DNA from: Clostridia bacterium
GTDB lineage: Bacteria > Bacillota > Clostridia > HGM11514
Direction of reading: 5' to 3'
Assembly (NCBI GenBank): GCA_045586685.1
Contig: JAZNAU010000025.1
Location: 1 to 64,000, forward strand
DNA length: 64,000 nucleotides
Shown here in pieces: positions 27,253 to 38,049 of this stretch. Numbering within the stretch: the first letter of the stretch is position 1; every line of letters begins with the position of its first letter. A program made the position numbers and the translations under genes. The notes under the pieces are model-generated. The model saw only the letters and a program-made list of their open reading frames with translations. It was not told the DNA's origin and ran no database searches.

Positions 27253-27291
27253 AAAACGGTTGTAGCAAAATGATTTTGCTACAGCCGTTTT
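27253..27291. repeat. Bidirectional terminator, palindrome family copy 2
   Basis: AAAACGGTTGTAGCAAAAT-G-ATTTTGCTACAGCCGTTTT between convergent genes. Confidence 0.75.
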
Positions 27292-28201
27292 ATAATGAAA
27301 CGAAATCAGATTGATTTAGTCTGCCGAAGGAAAAGAGACCGTAGCCGTAATAGGGGTCCCAGCCCTTTCCTCCCAAATCTTCGGTATAAAGATGAAGAAG
27401 AAATCGAACTTCTTTCGGGGACAGGAAACGGCGGTATCGATGCATTCCTTTGGCTTGTATCAAGGCGGCAGCACCGCTGATAATGGGGGTTGCCATAGAA
27501 GTTCCGCTTAATTTTGCATAAGAATTGCCGGGATAGGTGGAATAAATATCCACCCCGGCGGCACAAAGCTCGGATTCATATCCGGCAGAGCTGAATTCTG
27601 TTGATTTTCGGTTGGGGTCGACGGCGGTAACCGCAATAGTCTGAGGAAATTTGCCCGGGAATCCAATGGTGTTTTTCTTTTTACTCCCTTCATTTCCCGC
27701 GGCACAGATGAGGGTAATGCCATGATTGGTCGCTGCTTGCAAAATTTCTTCATAACCCTTGGAGGGTTCATCGGAGGAAAAAGACATATTTACGATTTGT
27801 ACCCGTTTTCGAATCATCCATTCCAGACTTTTATAAATGGCGGGAAATTCACCGTTCCCCTGTTTGTCAAAGGCTTTTGCAATGTACAAATTACATTCGG
27901 GTGCCATTCCTACTACACCCATTCCGTTTTTTCGAGCACCGATGATTCCTGCCACATGGGTGCCATGGCCGTTGTCATCCTGAGGACTGTTGGAAATAAA
28001 GCTAACCGCATCGGCAATGTTTTCGGATAAATCCCTGTGATTTAAGTCAATACCCGTATCAATAATTCCTACCCGGACTCCTTTGCCCGTGACCTCCCCC
28101 CATTCTAAGGGTGCACCTGCCATGCGGATGCCGTAGTCAATGACCTCTTGGGGTTGCCTTGCCTTGACTTGTATAATGGTATAATCAGAAATGTTATGCA
28201 T
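27290..28201 (-). CDS. S8 subtilisin-like serine peptidase
   Basis: Triad IIDTGID, HGTHVAG, GTSMATP; AAGN; no signal peptide. Confidence 0.92.
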   Translation of the reverse strand: MHNISDYTIIQVKARQPQEVIDYGIRMAGAPLEWGEVTGKGVRVGIIDTGIDLNHRDLSENIADAVSFISNSPQDDNGHGTHVAGIIGARKNGMGVVGMAPECNLYIAKAFDKQGNGEFPAIYKSLEWMIRKRVQIVNMSFSSDEPSKGYEEILQAATNHGITLICAAGNEGSKKKNTIGFPGKFPQTIAVTAVDPNRKSTEFSSAGYESELCAAGVDIYSTYPGNSYAKLSGTSMATPIISGAAALIQAKGMHRYRRFLSPKEVRFLLHLYTEDLGGKGWDPYYGYGLFSFGRLNQSDFVSL

Positions 28202-28244
28202 ACAATCTCCTTGGAAAGGGTCTGCTGTGTGGGCAGACCCTTTT

Positions 28245-28817
28245 TTATACTAACAAGGGTTGAATTTGTTTTCCTTTTAATGCCTGCTCCAATGTGGGCA
28301 AAATCAGTTCCATGTGTGCTACCAGAGAATCGGGTTTTTTTATGGGGTCATCCTGTCCGAAGGGAACAAGGTATATTCCGCTTGCATTAGAGAGAAGACC
28401 AATGTTTTTTCCGCTGGCACCAAGGCCGTCGTTGGTGGAAACGGCAATAATCAGAGGGTTATTATTCCGCAGATTTGCCTTTGCCGCCATGGCAACACAT
28501 GAATCGGTAATTCCGTTGGCAATTTTTGCAATGGTATTACCTGTACAAGGTGCCACAATCATTGCATCAACCAGATTTTTCGGTCCAATCGGTTCGCTGT
28601 CGCGAATGGTATGGATAATGGTATGTTGAGTGATGGTTTCTATGGTATCAATAAAATCCTTTGCCTTCCCAAATCGGGTGTCTGTTTCATAAGACATTTC
28701 AGACATAATGGGCAGGACTTGGTATCCTGCATCTACAACCGCTTTAATTTGGGGCACTACCTTAGCAAAGGTACAAAAGGAGCCGGTAAGTGCAAAGCCC
28801 ACCGTAAGGTTCTCCAT
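28245..28817 (-). CDS. spoVFB: Dipicolinate synthase subunit B
   Basis: GFALTGSFCT, EPIGPK, APCTGNT, STNDGL, VPFGQDDP. Confidence 0.96.
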   Translation of the reverse strand: MENLTVGFALTGSFCTFAKVVPQIKAVVDAGYQVLPIMSEMSYETDTRFGKAKDFIDTIETITQHTIIHTIRDSEPIGPKNLVDAMIVAPCTGNTIAKIANGITDSCVAMAAKANLRNNNPLIIAVSTNDGLGASGKNIGLLSNASGIYLVPFGQDDPIKKPDSLVAHMELILPTLEQALKGKQIQPLLV

Positions 28818-28854
28818 TCTTTTCTCCGTTCTGCCGTACCAAGACGGCGGTTTA

Positions 28855-29715
28855 TTAGATTATGTTTTGTTCCTGTAATATATGAAGAACGGTATTCTTA
28901 ATAATCATTCCGGCAGTCAAAGGTGCAACTTTTCCCGGAAGGGAAAGTGCCCAGATTGCTTTTCTTCCCATTTCTTTTGCGACATTAAAATCCATGCCAC
29001 CCGGCTTTGATGCCAAGTCAATCAGCAATACATCCTGTTTTGTTTCTTTCAGTGCTTCTTTTGGTAAAAGCATGGAGGGAACGGTATTGAAAATGACATC
29101 AAATTCACATAGTTTTCCTTGAATATTCTCTGTGTGCAGTTTGTGATACCCGAAAGCATCTATCCATGCAAGGTCAGCCGGTTTTCTTGCCGTGCAGGTT
29201 ACTTTTGCTCCCAAGCCTTTTAACTGATGTGCCAGCACTTTTCCGATTCTGCCGAAACCTAAAATCAGACAGTTTGAACCATAAAGTGTAACGGGGAGCT
29301 CCTCCATGGCAAGGGCAATGGCGCCTTCTGATGTGGGAATGGCATTATATACATTCAGTTCTTCTCTTAAAAAATAATCCTGAAACTGACACTTTTTGTC
29401 AGACACTTCCTGTAAAAAATTTGGACCTGCTTTTCCTCCTAAAAATAAGGGCTTGTTATACCGAAGCAGTTCATAAAAGGGAAGTGTTTCCCTAACAGTC
29501 TGAATGGTTTTGTCATCTATAGAAAGGGGCAAAGGCAACAAAACCACATCTGCTTGCTCCATTGCTTCTTCCAAGGAATGTGCCTTTTTCCCTTTTTGCA
29601 AACCAATTTCCTCCGTCAGGTAAGAACAGACTGCATATCCGTCCGACGCTAACGCATTTGCTGCGGCAGTGAGCCGCAAGTCGCCGCCGATTACGGTAAT
29701 CGCAGGTTTCATCAT
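28855..29715 (-). CDS. spoVFA: Dipicolinate synthase subunit A
   Basis: VIGGDLR, NAIPTSEGAI, GFGRIG, IDLASKPGG, LSLPGKVAP; start at 29715 after GAGGAGG. Confidence 0.94.
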   Translation of the reverse strand: MMKPAITVIGGDLRLTAAANALASDGYAVCSYLTEEIGLQKGKKAHSLEEAMEQADVVLLPLPLSIDDKTIQTVRETLPFYELLRYNKPLFLGGKAGPNFLQEVSDKKCQFQDYFLREELNVYNAIPTSEGAIALAMEELPVTLYGSNCLILGFGRIGKVLAHQLKGLGAKVTCTARKPADLAWIDAFGYHKLHTENIQGKLCEFDVIFNTVPSMLLPKEALKETKQDVLLIDLASKPGGMDFNVAKEMGRKAIWALSLPGKVAPLTAGMIIKNTVLHILQEQNII

Positions 29716-29758
29716 TAAGACTACCTCCTCCCGGAATCTTTTTGATTCCCTTCGTTTT

Positions 29759-29787
29759 ATAATATGCAGTGGATTTTCAATGGGTGA
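29759..29787 (-). promoter_or_regulatory. Putative sigmaK promoter of spoVFAB
   Basis: Minus strand TCACC-N16-CATATTAT; spoVFAB is sigmaK-dependent in Bacillus subtilis. Confidence 0.6.
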
Positions 29788-29872
29788 AATGAGAAACTGA
29801 AAAATTTCATTGTAATTTTTATTCAAATGGTGTATAATGGATAATAAGAGAATGGAACTATGGGGTGAACAA

Positions 29873-30388
29873 ATGAAGCCGATTATTTTAACCGGATTTA
29901 TGGGTTGCGGCAAAAGCACAATAGGTCGTCTGATTGCCCAAAAGATGAATCGCCATTTTGAAGATGCTGATGCAGTGATTGAACAAAAGGCGGGAATGTC
30001 CGTCTCCCGTATTTTTGAACTGGAGGGAGAAGAAGGATTCCGGCAAAGAGAGACTGCTGTTTTTGCTGAATTATTGGAGGATTCTTCCCTTGTTTTGGCA
30101 ACAGGGGGAGGGGCTGTTTTAAGCAAAGAAAACAGAGAATTGTTTTTGGAAAAAGGAATTGTAGTGTTTTTAAAGGCAGACCCGAAAATCATTTATGATC
30201 GGGTATCGTCTAACGACTTGCGTCCTCTTGCAAAGGGGAAAACCTATGCAGAACTGACCGCACTTTATGAAAGCAGAATGCCCTGTTATGAGGAATGTCA
30301 TATTTGTTATGAAACATTGGAAAAATCGCCGTTGCAATGTGCGAATGAATTGCGGGAGAAACTTAGGGAGGTACAAAATGGGAATTAA
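29873..30388 (+). CDS. aroK: Shikimate kinase
   Basis: LTGFMGCGKSTIG, GEEGFRQRE, ATGGG, RPL. Confidence 0.94.
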   Translation: MKPIILTGFMGCGKSTIGRLIAQKMNRHFEDADAVIEQKAGMSVSRIFELEGEEGFRQRETAVFAELLEDSSLVLATGGGAVLSKENRELFLEKGIVVFLKADPKIIYDRVSSNDLRPLAKGKTYAELTALYESRMPCYEECHICYETLEKSPLQCANELREKLREVQNGN

Positions 30389-31241
30389 ATTTGGTCCTGC
30401 AGGAAATTCAGAGAGCTTTTACGATCAAGGATTTAAATCCTCATTGGAGATGCCGAAGTGGCTCATGGAAATGGGATTGGACGCTTATGAATATTCTTGT
30501 GGAAGAGGAGTGAAGATTTCGGACGATTCTGCTCAAATTTTAGGGGAGGAAGCCCGAAAATGGGGGATTGAGCTCAGCGTTCATTCTCCCTATTTCAGCA
30601 ATCTTGCTACCCCCGACCCTGAAAAACAGGAAAAGAGTATTGGTTATATTATGCAGGCAGTTCATGCTGCCTCTGTGATGGGGGCAGGCAGAGTGGTGGT
30701 GCATATGGGCGGAGCAGGAAAAATTACCCGTGCAGAAGGGATTTCCCTTTCTAAGGCATTGGTACACCGTACCCTTGCAAAAATGGATGAGGAAGGATAC
30801 GGGAACATTACTCTTTGCATTGAAACTATGGGAAAGGTCAACCAATTAGGGACGGTGGCAGAAACGTTGGATGTTTGCTCCATTGATGAACGGCTTCTTC
30901 CGGTGTTTGATTTCGGACATATCAATTCCCGTGAACAGGGAAGTCTGAAAACAAGTTCTGATTACGCAAAGGTTTTGGATGAGGCAGAGAAAAAACTGGG
31001 AATAGACCGAGCAAAAATTATGCACGTTCATTTCAGCAAGATTGAATATACGCACATGGGTGAAAAACGGCATCTGACCTTTGCAGATTGTGAATACGGC
31101 CCTGAATTTGAGCCCTTGGGAGAAGTGTTTTATCAAAGAAATTATGCACCTGTTGTCATCTGCGAATCAGCAGGAACCATGGCAGAGGATGCCTTGTATA
31201 TGAAACAGGCGTATCAAATGATAAAGGAGAAATTAAAATGA
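30378..31241 (+). CDS. Endonuclease IV-like TIM barrel protein
   Basis: FGPAG, SVHSPYF, VVVHMG, ETMGK, DFGH, HVHFS, ICES. Confidence 0.85.
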   Translation: MGIKFGPAGNSESFYDQGFKSSLEMPKWLMEMGLDAYEYSCGRGVKISDDSAQILGEEARKWGIELSVHSPYFSNLATPDPEKQEKSIGYIMQAVHAASVMGAGRVVVHMGGAGKITRAEGISLSKALVHRTLAKMDEEGYGNITLCIETMGKVNQLGTVAETLDVCSIDERLLPVFDFGHINSREQGSLKTSSDYAKVLDEAEKKLGIDRAKIMHVHFSKIEYTHMGEKRHLTFADCEYGPEFEPLGEVFYQRNYAPVVICESAGTMAEDALYMKQAYQMIKEKLK

Positions 31242-31666
31242 AACAAGTGTTATTGCTTCACGGTCCCAATTTGAATATGACGGGAATCCGTGAAAAGAAC
31301 GTTTATGGCAAGGAAACCTTGGAAGACATTAACCGTGAGCTGACAGAGTATGCAAAAAAACAGAACATTGTTCTGGAGGTGTTTCAGTCAAATCACGAAG
31401 GAGAACTGATTGATAAAATTCATCAGGCATATCAAAAAAAAGACGCCATTATCATAAACCCCGGTGCGTTGACTCATTATAGCTATGCGATTCGGGATGC
31501 GTTGGCAGCGGTACAGCTGCCTGCTGTTGAGGTGCATTTATCAAACATTCACCAAAGAGAAGAATTTCGTCATACTTCTGTGACGGCTCCTGTTTGCAAG
31601 GGGCAGATTTGCGGGTTTGGAAAATGGGGTTATTTTGCAGCATTGGATTTGGTGAATCGGTTATGA
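31238..31666 (+). CDS. aroQ: Type II 3-dehydroquinate dehydratase
   Basis: [29 protein letters not shown]. Confidence 0.96.
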   Translation: MKQVLLLHGPNLNMTGIREKNVYGKETLEDINRELTEYAKKQNIVLEVFQSNHEGELIDKIHQAYQKKDAIIINPGALTHYSYAIRDALAAVQLPAVEVHLSNIHQREEFRHTSVTAPVCKGQICGFGKWGYFAALDLVNRL

Positions 31667-32694
31667 AATGGAAACTGCAAGAAAAGGAACTGGATTCGCT
31701 GATTATTTCCAAACCTGAGAATATTCGTTATCTGACGGGATATACCGGAGATACGGGAGTGTATGTCCTGAGCGGGGGCAAGGAGTATCTGCTGACCGAT
31801 TTTCGATATCAAGAACAGGCAAAGCAACAGGCAAAGAACTGTGAGATTATCATGGTAAAGGGGTCTTATGCGGAGCCTGTGGCAGAACTTGTTCGGGGAA
31901 CTGTGGGATTTGAAGGAAGCGTAATGACGTGGGCAGAAGGAGAACACTTTCGGGAAAAATGCGGAGAAATGAAAGATGTTTCCGGCTGGATCGAGGACCT
32001 TAGGAAGGTAAAAACAAAACAGGAGCAGAAATGGATCCAAAAAGCAAGCCATATTTCACAGGAAGCTTTTTGGCAAACCTTAGAGATGATTCGTCCCGGT
32101 ATGGCAGAACGGGAAATTGCGGCAGAGCTTGATTATCGGATGCGACGGCTTGGGGCAGAGAGAACCTCTTTTACCACTATTACGGTAGCAGGTGCCAACA
32201 GTTCACTGGTTCATGGAGAACCGGGAGAGTATCGTTTGCAATCGGGTGATTTTCTTTTAATGGATTTTGGGTGTGTCTATCAGGGCTACTGTTCGGACAT
32301 GACCCGCACCGTTGGAATCGGTGCAATATCTCCAAAACAAAAAGAGATTTACAGGATTGTAAAGGAAGCTCAGGCAGCGGCACTGGACAAAATCAAACCG
32401 GGTGTGCCGTTCAAGGAGGCGGACAGTGCGGCACGTCAGATCATTGAACAGGCAGGATACGGAAAACAATTCGGTCACTCTCTGGGTCATGGTGTGGGGT
32501 TGGAAATTCATGAAAAACCCACTCTTTCACCAAAATCAGAAGGAGTGTTAATGCCAGGAATGGCGGTGACGGTGGAACCGGGTATTTATCTGGAGGGAGA
32601 ATTTGGCGTGCGGATTGAGGATTTGGTGGTAGTAAATGACGTGAATTGCGACAATTTGTGTCAAAATACCCCTAAAGAATTGCTCTGTCTGTAA
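31663..32694 (+). CDS. Xaa-Pro aminopeptidase (M24)
   Basis: [37 protein letters not shown]; ATG 31663 overlaps aroQ stop. Confidence 0.92.
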   Translation: MKWKLQEKELDSLIISKPENIRYLTGYTGDTGVYVLSGGKEYLLTDFRYQEQAKQQAKNCEIIMVKGSYAEPVAELVRGTVGFEGSVMTWAEGEHFREKCGEMKDVSGWIEDLRKVKTKQEQKWIQKASHISQEAFWQTLEMIRPGMAEREIAAELDYRMRRLGAERTSFTTITVAGANSSLVHGEPGEYRLQSGDFLLMDFGCVYQGYCSDMTRTVGIGAISPKQKEIYRIVKEAQAAALDKIKPGVPFKEADSAARQIIEQAGYGKQFGHSLGHGVGLEIHEKPTLSPKSEGVLMPGMAVTVEPGIYLEGEFGVRIEDLVVVNDVNCDNLCQNTPKELLCL

Positions 32695-32781
32695 AAAAAT
32701 TAAAAAATATGAAAATTTTACTTGATATTTTTATGATTTTATATTACAATAGATATATAAAGTACTTTGGAGGTTTATAAA

Positions 32782-33339
32782 ATGATTTCAGCAGGTGAAT
32801 TTAAAAACGGAATTACCTTTGAGCAGGATGGTAACGTATATCAGATTGTAGAATTTCAGCATGTAAAGCCGGGGAAAGGTGCGGCTTTTGTAAGAACAAA
32901 GCTGAAGAATGTGATTACAGGCGGTGTGGTTGAAAAGACCTTCCGTCCTACTGAAAAAATGCCTAAGGCGCATATTGACAGAAAAACAATGCAGTATTTA
33001 TATAGTGATGAAGATTTGTTCTACTTCATGGATTTGGAAAGCTATGAGCAGATTCCTCTGAACAAAGAACAAGTTGGAGATGCGTTGAAGTTTGTAAAGG
33101 AAAATATGGAAGTTTTGCTGTTGTTCTATAAGGGCAACGTGTTCGGTATTGAACCCCCGAACTTTGTAGAATTGGAAATCACCGATACAGAACCCGGCTT
33201 TAAGGGCGATACCGCTACCGGTGCTACCAAGCCTGCAACTTTGGAAACCGGAGCTACTGTCTATGTTCCTTTGTTTGTAGGTCCCGGCGAAACCATTCGT
33301 ATTGACACTAGAACCGGTGAATATATGGAACGTGTATAA
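32782..33339 (+). CDS. efp: Elongation factor P
   Basis: [35 protein letters not shown]. Confidence 0.97.
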   Translation: MISAGEFKNGITFEQDGNVYQIVEFQHVKPGKGAAFVRTKLKNVITGGVVEKTFRPTEKMPKAHIDRKTMQYLYSDEDLFYFMDLESYEQIPLNKEQVGDALKFVKENMEVLLLFYKGNVFGIEPPNFVELEITDTEPGFKGDTATGATKPATLETGATVYVPLFVGPGETIRIDTRTGEYMERV

Positions 33340-33349
33340 GGAGGATATT

Positions 33350-33781
33350 ATGGAACAATTAAAAGAAAAAATTGCTTATCTGGCAGGTCTGGCTGATGGT
33401 CTGGATCTGGATACCACAACCAAGGAAGGAAAGCTGTTAAAGGCTATCGTTGGCGCTTTGGAAGATATCGCTGAAGAAGTTGCATCTCTGGATGAGGAAA
33501 TCGGTGAAATCGAAGAGTTGATTGACGAAATCGACTATGACCTGGGTGCAGTGGAAGAAGATCTGTACGAAGATGAGGACGACGATTGGGATGACGAGGA
33601 TGAGTACGAAGATGATTACTTTGAAATTACCTGTCCCAACTGTGATGAAAAAATCTACATTGATGAAGAAATGTTGGATACACAGGATGGTATCGTATGT
33701 CCCAACTGTGAAGAAGAAATAGAATTTGATTTCTGCTGTGATTGTGAAGATTGCGATTGCGAAGATTGTGATTGTGAATAA
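33350..33781 (+). CDS. CD1247-like acidic zinc-ribbon protein
   Basis: EKIAYLAGLADGL N-terminus, acidic linker, two CPNC motifs, Cys/Asp/Glu tail; follows efp. Confidence 0.8.
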   Translation: MEQLKEKIAYLAGLADGLDLDTTTKEGKLLKAIVGALEDIAEEVASLDEEIGEIEELIDEIDYDLGAVEEDLYEDEDDDWDDEDEYEDDYFEITCPNCDEKIYIDEEMLDTQDGIVCPNCEEEIEFDFCCDCEDCDCEDCDCE

Positions 33782-34171
33782 TTAAAGAGTAGACACAATA
33801 ATTGTTGAATGAACTTTGTATGAATCGACCTTTTAATTGTTAGATGAAAAATCTGATGATAGGAGGTCGATTTTTTTATGTCAAAGCTATCAATACAATA
33901 TAAAAACCTCTTTTTTTAGAAATATTTGACTTTAATAAAATTATATGATATAATAAGTAGAGAAAATATAAAAAGCATGGCATTTCACTTTTTGTTTGAC
34001 ATTCTTATAAGTTTCGTAACAGGAGTGCCGATGAAAACGACAGCATAGGCGACTTAGAGAGATAAAATCCACCCTTTTGTTGAAACATACATAGGGGAAG
34101 GGATTGACATTGCGTTTGATGATTTTGAAGAATGAAAATTTGTTTGTGGAAACAGGAAGGGATGAAGCAAA

Positions 34172-37100
34172 ATGAGAAAAACAAGCAAGAAAGTGTTATC
34201 AATGCTGGTGGCATTGGTCATGTTAATCGGGATGATGACTGCAGTTACAGTTGGTGCAGTAGAAACAGTTGAATGGGTGCTTGTAAAAGAGTTTGACTTT
34301 GAAGGAGAGAATCCCTATGAAGGTCTGACACGGACTGAAAATTCCGATAGTAGAAAAGTTGAAATTGTGTACGACAACGAGCTCCAATCAAATGTATACT
34401 ACATTAAGCTTGTGAGCAGTAGTGCAAACAGAATATTCGATATTACCGGTCTATCTTGGGAAAAAGATGCTGAATATAAGATTACATACAAGGCAAAAAT
34501 GAAAGGAAGTTTGAAAGACTCCAAAGGTAATGATAAAGAAATTTCATTTGTAATTGACGCAACCGGCGAATACGTGAATATGCCAAGAACACCATTTGCA
34601 GCTCAAGAAAAATGGACGGATTGTGCAGGCGAAAAAGTCTTTGACAAAACAAGTAAGACTGCAACTATCCAAGTTGGTCTCAGAAAGCATGACGAAGCGA
34701 ATACCGAAGTGTGGATTGACGATGTTAAGATCTATAAAAAGGTTACTACAATTTCCTACTATGTATCCACAGAGGGTAGTGATGACAACGATGGTTCTCT
34801 TGAAAAACCCTTCAAGACCATTGAAAAGGCAAGAGATGCTATCCGTGAGCTTGGCGGTAATCTGCCTAATGGCGGAGCTGTTGTGAATATCATGGGGGGA
34901 ACCTATCCTGTTTCTAATACCATTAAATTTACTAAAGAGGATTCCGGCACAGAAGGGCGTCCGATTGTATATCAGGCATATAACAACGAAAAAGTAACCT
35001 TTATCGGCGGTAAGACTTTGGATTCTTCCAAAATACAGAAGGTGACTGATGAGGAAGTGTTAGACGGTCTGGTTGAAGAAGATGCGAAGGATCATCTGTA
35101 CATGCTGGATTTGGGTGAACAGGTTGTACAAATGGATTCTTTACAACCTTATGGTAATTACCATAAAAGAGAAAAACCCGAACAAAAAGTAAAGCGTATT
35201 TATATGAACAACCAGTTGTTAACAGAAGCTCGCTGGCCAAATGATGACCAGAGCCAAAATCTGCTGGTTGCTACTCCTGTGATAGAACATGATGATGTAA
35301 AAGCAGGGAATTACAATGCTTCAAAAAGCCCTATTATGTACGAATATCCGGACCCTGAAAACCGTTCTGCAAAATGGAATATTAAAGAGGGTGATGCTAT
35401 CGTAGGAGGTGCGGTTGCATTTTATTGGGCACAGACTTTCCTGAGAATTAAAAGCATAGATGCTGAACATAAAATTGTCACATCTTTAGATGACTCTTAC
35501 TATGAATCAGTATCAGGTGGCAAGAAGGCTGATACCGAATGTAAGATTTTCTTCTCCAACATTTTTGCGGAAATTGACAAACCGGGCGAATCCTATGTGG
35601 ACCGTGAAAAAAACATTTTGTATTTTTATCCCATGGGACCGGTAGAAGATGCTGAAATGGTAGTTTCCACCTTAAAGAAAAATATCATTTCCTTAAATGG
35701 AGTTTCTCATGTTACCTTCAAGGGAATTGACTTTAAGAATACCGTTGAAACTGCTATTAAATTGTATGGTTGCGACCATGTCACAATTAAGGATACAGAA
35801 ATTGCTAACACTACCCAGAGCGGGGTGGAAATGACCAACTGTACCAATACAATTATAGAAGAAAGCAATTTTTACAATATAGGATTAAATGCCATTTATA
35901 TTGTGGGCAATGATGCGGTGGAGAAGGCTTCCACTGAGGAGGAAGCACAGAAAACGGTTCCTGAAAACAGAGCAAATCTGACTCCTAGCGGAAACGAAAT
36001 TAGATACAATAATTTTCATAACATCAATATATTTCCTGATTATAAGAATCATGCCATCTATATGGAATATGTTGTTGGCGAATGGATTCATCACAACGAA
36101 TTTAACGACATCGATATCAATACCATAAAGATAGAAAACGGTAATGATGTCCTTATAGAGTACAATAAAATGCTGAATCTGGGAGAGCTAAACTCTGATT
36201 ATGGCGCGATTTACTGGGGACGTGAGATAGATACCTTGGGAATCACCATCCGTTACAACTATTTTGAAAATATTGGAAGTAAATTGGTTGCAAATTATTT
36301 AAAGGGCCAGCAGTCAGTCAGTATTTTTACAGACGATGGTTCTACGGGCGGTAATATCTACGGTAACGTATTCTTAAACGGTGGTTCCAATAAAGACGGC
36401 AATGGTTATGCTACTACTGGTAATGGTCCGGAATTTTCTAAGATCTGGGGTAATATTTCTATTTGTACGGATTTTGACAGGATGAAATTTTCCTTCTTGA
36501 TGAATAACTGGAGCGATACTCAAGGGTTAAATAATCTGTACGGTGTAAATGTTCCTGCAGGTACTGCCGCTTCATCATGGCTCTTTCATATGAAGATGAG
36601 AACCCCTTACGGAAAGGACAACTCCTCAAAAATGACAACGGCTGATAAGACTCTGATGTGGAGCGAAAGTTGGGCAGAGCATTATAAAGACAGCCAATGG
36701 GCAGCAGCTTTGAATCACTACAGTCAAAAAATTTACGAAGGTGCAAAAGCTTTGTATGATGAGGGGAATTATGCAGGTGTACTGACATTTTTGGGTGAAA
36801 ATTTAACTCATGAAAGAACCAATAAAATTCACGATAACGTATCTTTAGGTGCAACCTTAATGGGTACTCAGGCAGACTATACTAAAAACTATGCAGGAAC
36901 ACAACATCAAATTACCGAAGAAGATAAGGCATTGTTTGTAGACTTTGATAATAAGGACTTTACTCTGACCGATGCTGGATTGGCAAAAATTCAAAAAACT
37001 TCTCCTGAATTTAAAGCAATTCCCTTTAACGAAATTGGTTTGGGGAACAAAGCGGTAGGCGGTCATAAGCCTGTTGTTACCATCAATCCAGAATTGTATA

Positions 37101-37951
37101 CCATAACGGCAGATGGATTTGGAATTTCTCCTTCCTATACCTTTACTGATGAAGATGGTGATTTGGAAGGAAGCACCAAGATCTATTGGTATGTAAGCGA
37201 TACCGAAGGCGGTAAATATGAACAGATTTACGGCGGAGTAGAAGGAAACTACTTTGAAATGACAGAGGAGTATCTGGACAAATACTTAAAATTTGAAGTT
37301 GTTCCTTTTGATACAACTTCCTTAAGAGGCGAAGCGGTTTTATCTGATTCGATTTCTGTAAATACTGTTACCATTACTGCAGATGTGGGAGAAAATGGTA
37401 AGTTGACCAAAGCCGGAAAAGATGTATCCGATACAGAAACATTATTAGCATCGGGTACCTATCTCTACGAGGTGGTTCCTGATAGCGGTTATGAGGTAGA
37501 GTCTGTAGTGATAGAAAACAGCAAAAACCAGATTATTCCTACTTTAAATGCTAATAATGAATTTAACGTAACAGTGTCAGAGGACACGACGATTACGGTT
37601 GCCTTCCGTGAAAAGCCTGTTCCTACGATTGTAACAAACAGCACTGTTTTGCCGGATACTATAACCAGTGGAGAAAAAGAATACCAGGCATATCTTGCAT
37701 TTGCAACCATTACGAATTTGGATAAAATCAACGGTTATGGAATGTATTTAAACTTCCCCGGCGGTCAGATGAAGCTGGAGGGCTTGATGGATGAAGTCAC
37801 TATGAATATGATGGTGGACTGCAACGGAAAATTTGCCTTCCGTGTGTTTGGAGAGGCGATGAAAGGAAAGACAGTGACTCTGGTTCCCTATATTATAGCG
37901 GAAGAAGGAGAATCACTCGGAGAATCAACGGAAGAACTGACCTATCAATAA
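34172..37951 (+). CDS. Large secreted right-handed beta-helix protein (putative polysaccharide-active enzyme)
   Basis: Signal peptide; CBM-like N-domain (VWIDDVKI); YYVSTEGSDDNDGS..PFKTIEKAR, ARWPN, DYGAIY, beta-helix repeats; C-terminal Ig-like modules. Confidence 0.82.
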   Translation: MRKTSKKVLSMLVALVMLIGMMTAVTVGAVETVEWVLVKEFDFEGENPYEGLTRTENSDSRKVEIVYDNELQSNVYYIKLVSSSANRIFDITGLSWEKDAEYKITYKAKMKGSLKDSKGNDKEISFVIDATGEYVNMPRTPFAAQEKWTDCAGEKVFDKTSKTATIQVGLRKHDEANTEVWIDDVKIYKKVTTISYYVSTEGSDDNDGSLEKPFKTIEKARDAIRELGGNLPNGGAVVNIMGGTYPVSNTIKFTKEDSGTEGRPIVYQAYNNEKVTFIGGKTLDSSKIQKVTDEEVLDGLVEEDAKDHLYMLDLGEQVVQMDSLQPYGNYHKREKPEQKVKRIYMNNQLLTEARWPNDDQSQNLLVATPVIEHDDVKAGNYNASKSPIMYEYPDPENRSAKWNIKEGDAIVGGAVAFYWAQTFLRIKSIDAEHKIVTSLDDSYYESVSGGKKADTECKIFFSNIFAEIDKPGESYVDREKNILYFYPMGPVEDAEMVVSTLKKNIISLNGVSHVTFKGIDFKNTVETAIKLYGCDHVTIKDTEIANTTQSGVEMTNCTNTIIEESNFYNIGLNAIYIVGNDAVEKASTEEEAQKTVPENRANLTPSGNEIRYNNFHNINIFPDYKNHAIYMEYVVGEWIHHNEFNDIDINTIKIENGNDVLIEYNKMLNLGELNSDYGAIYWGREIDTLGITIRYNYFENIGSKLVANYLKGQQSVSIFTDDGSTGGNIYGNVFLNGGSNKDGNGYATTGNGPEFSKIWGNISICTDFDRMKFSFLMNNWSDTQGLNNLYGVNVPAGTAASSWLFHMKMRTPYGKDNSSKMTTADKTLMWSESWAEHYKDSQWAAALNHYSQKIYEGAKALYDEGNYAGVLTFLGENLTHERTNKIHDNVSLGATLMGTQADYTKNYAGTQHQITEEDKALFVDFDNKDFTLTDAGLAKIQKTSPEFKAIPFNEIGLGNKAVGGHKPVVTINPELYTITADGFGISPSYTFTDEDGDLEGSTKIYWYVSDTEGGKYEQIYGGVEGNYFEMTEEYLDKYLKFEVVPFDTTSLRGEAVLSDSISVNTVTITADVGENGKLTKAGKDVSDTETLLASGTYLYEVVPDSGYEVESVVIENSKNQIIPTLNANNEFNVTVSEDTTITVAFREKPVPTIVTNSTVLPDTITSGEKEYQAYLAFATITNLDKINGYGMYLNFPGGQMKLEGLMDEVTMNMMVDCNGKFAFRVFGEAMKGKTVTLVPYIIAEEGESLGESTEELTYQ

Positions 37952-37956
37952 AATTG

Positions 37957-37984
37957 AAAAGAGGGGAACAATCCCCTCTTTTTT
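37957..37984 (+). terminator. Intrinsic terminator
   Basis: AAAAGAGGGGA-ACAA-TCCCCTCTTTTTT. Confidence 0.8.
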
Positions 37985-38049
37985 CTTTGAGGAAATTTGA
38001 CTTTTGAGTATTTTTATGTTATACTAAAACAGAAAGGAGGCGGAATGGC

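Noticed and set aside
29716-30192. Apparent 159-aa N-terminal extension of SpoVFA (445-aa ORF)
   Set aside because: It is the antisense of aroK; a strong RBS and family homology start at 29715
33735-33781. GATTGY repeats as CRISPR or VNTR
   Set aside because: Coding low-complexity Cys/Asp/Glu tail; no spacers, no cas genes
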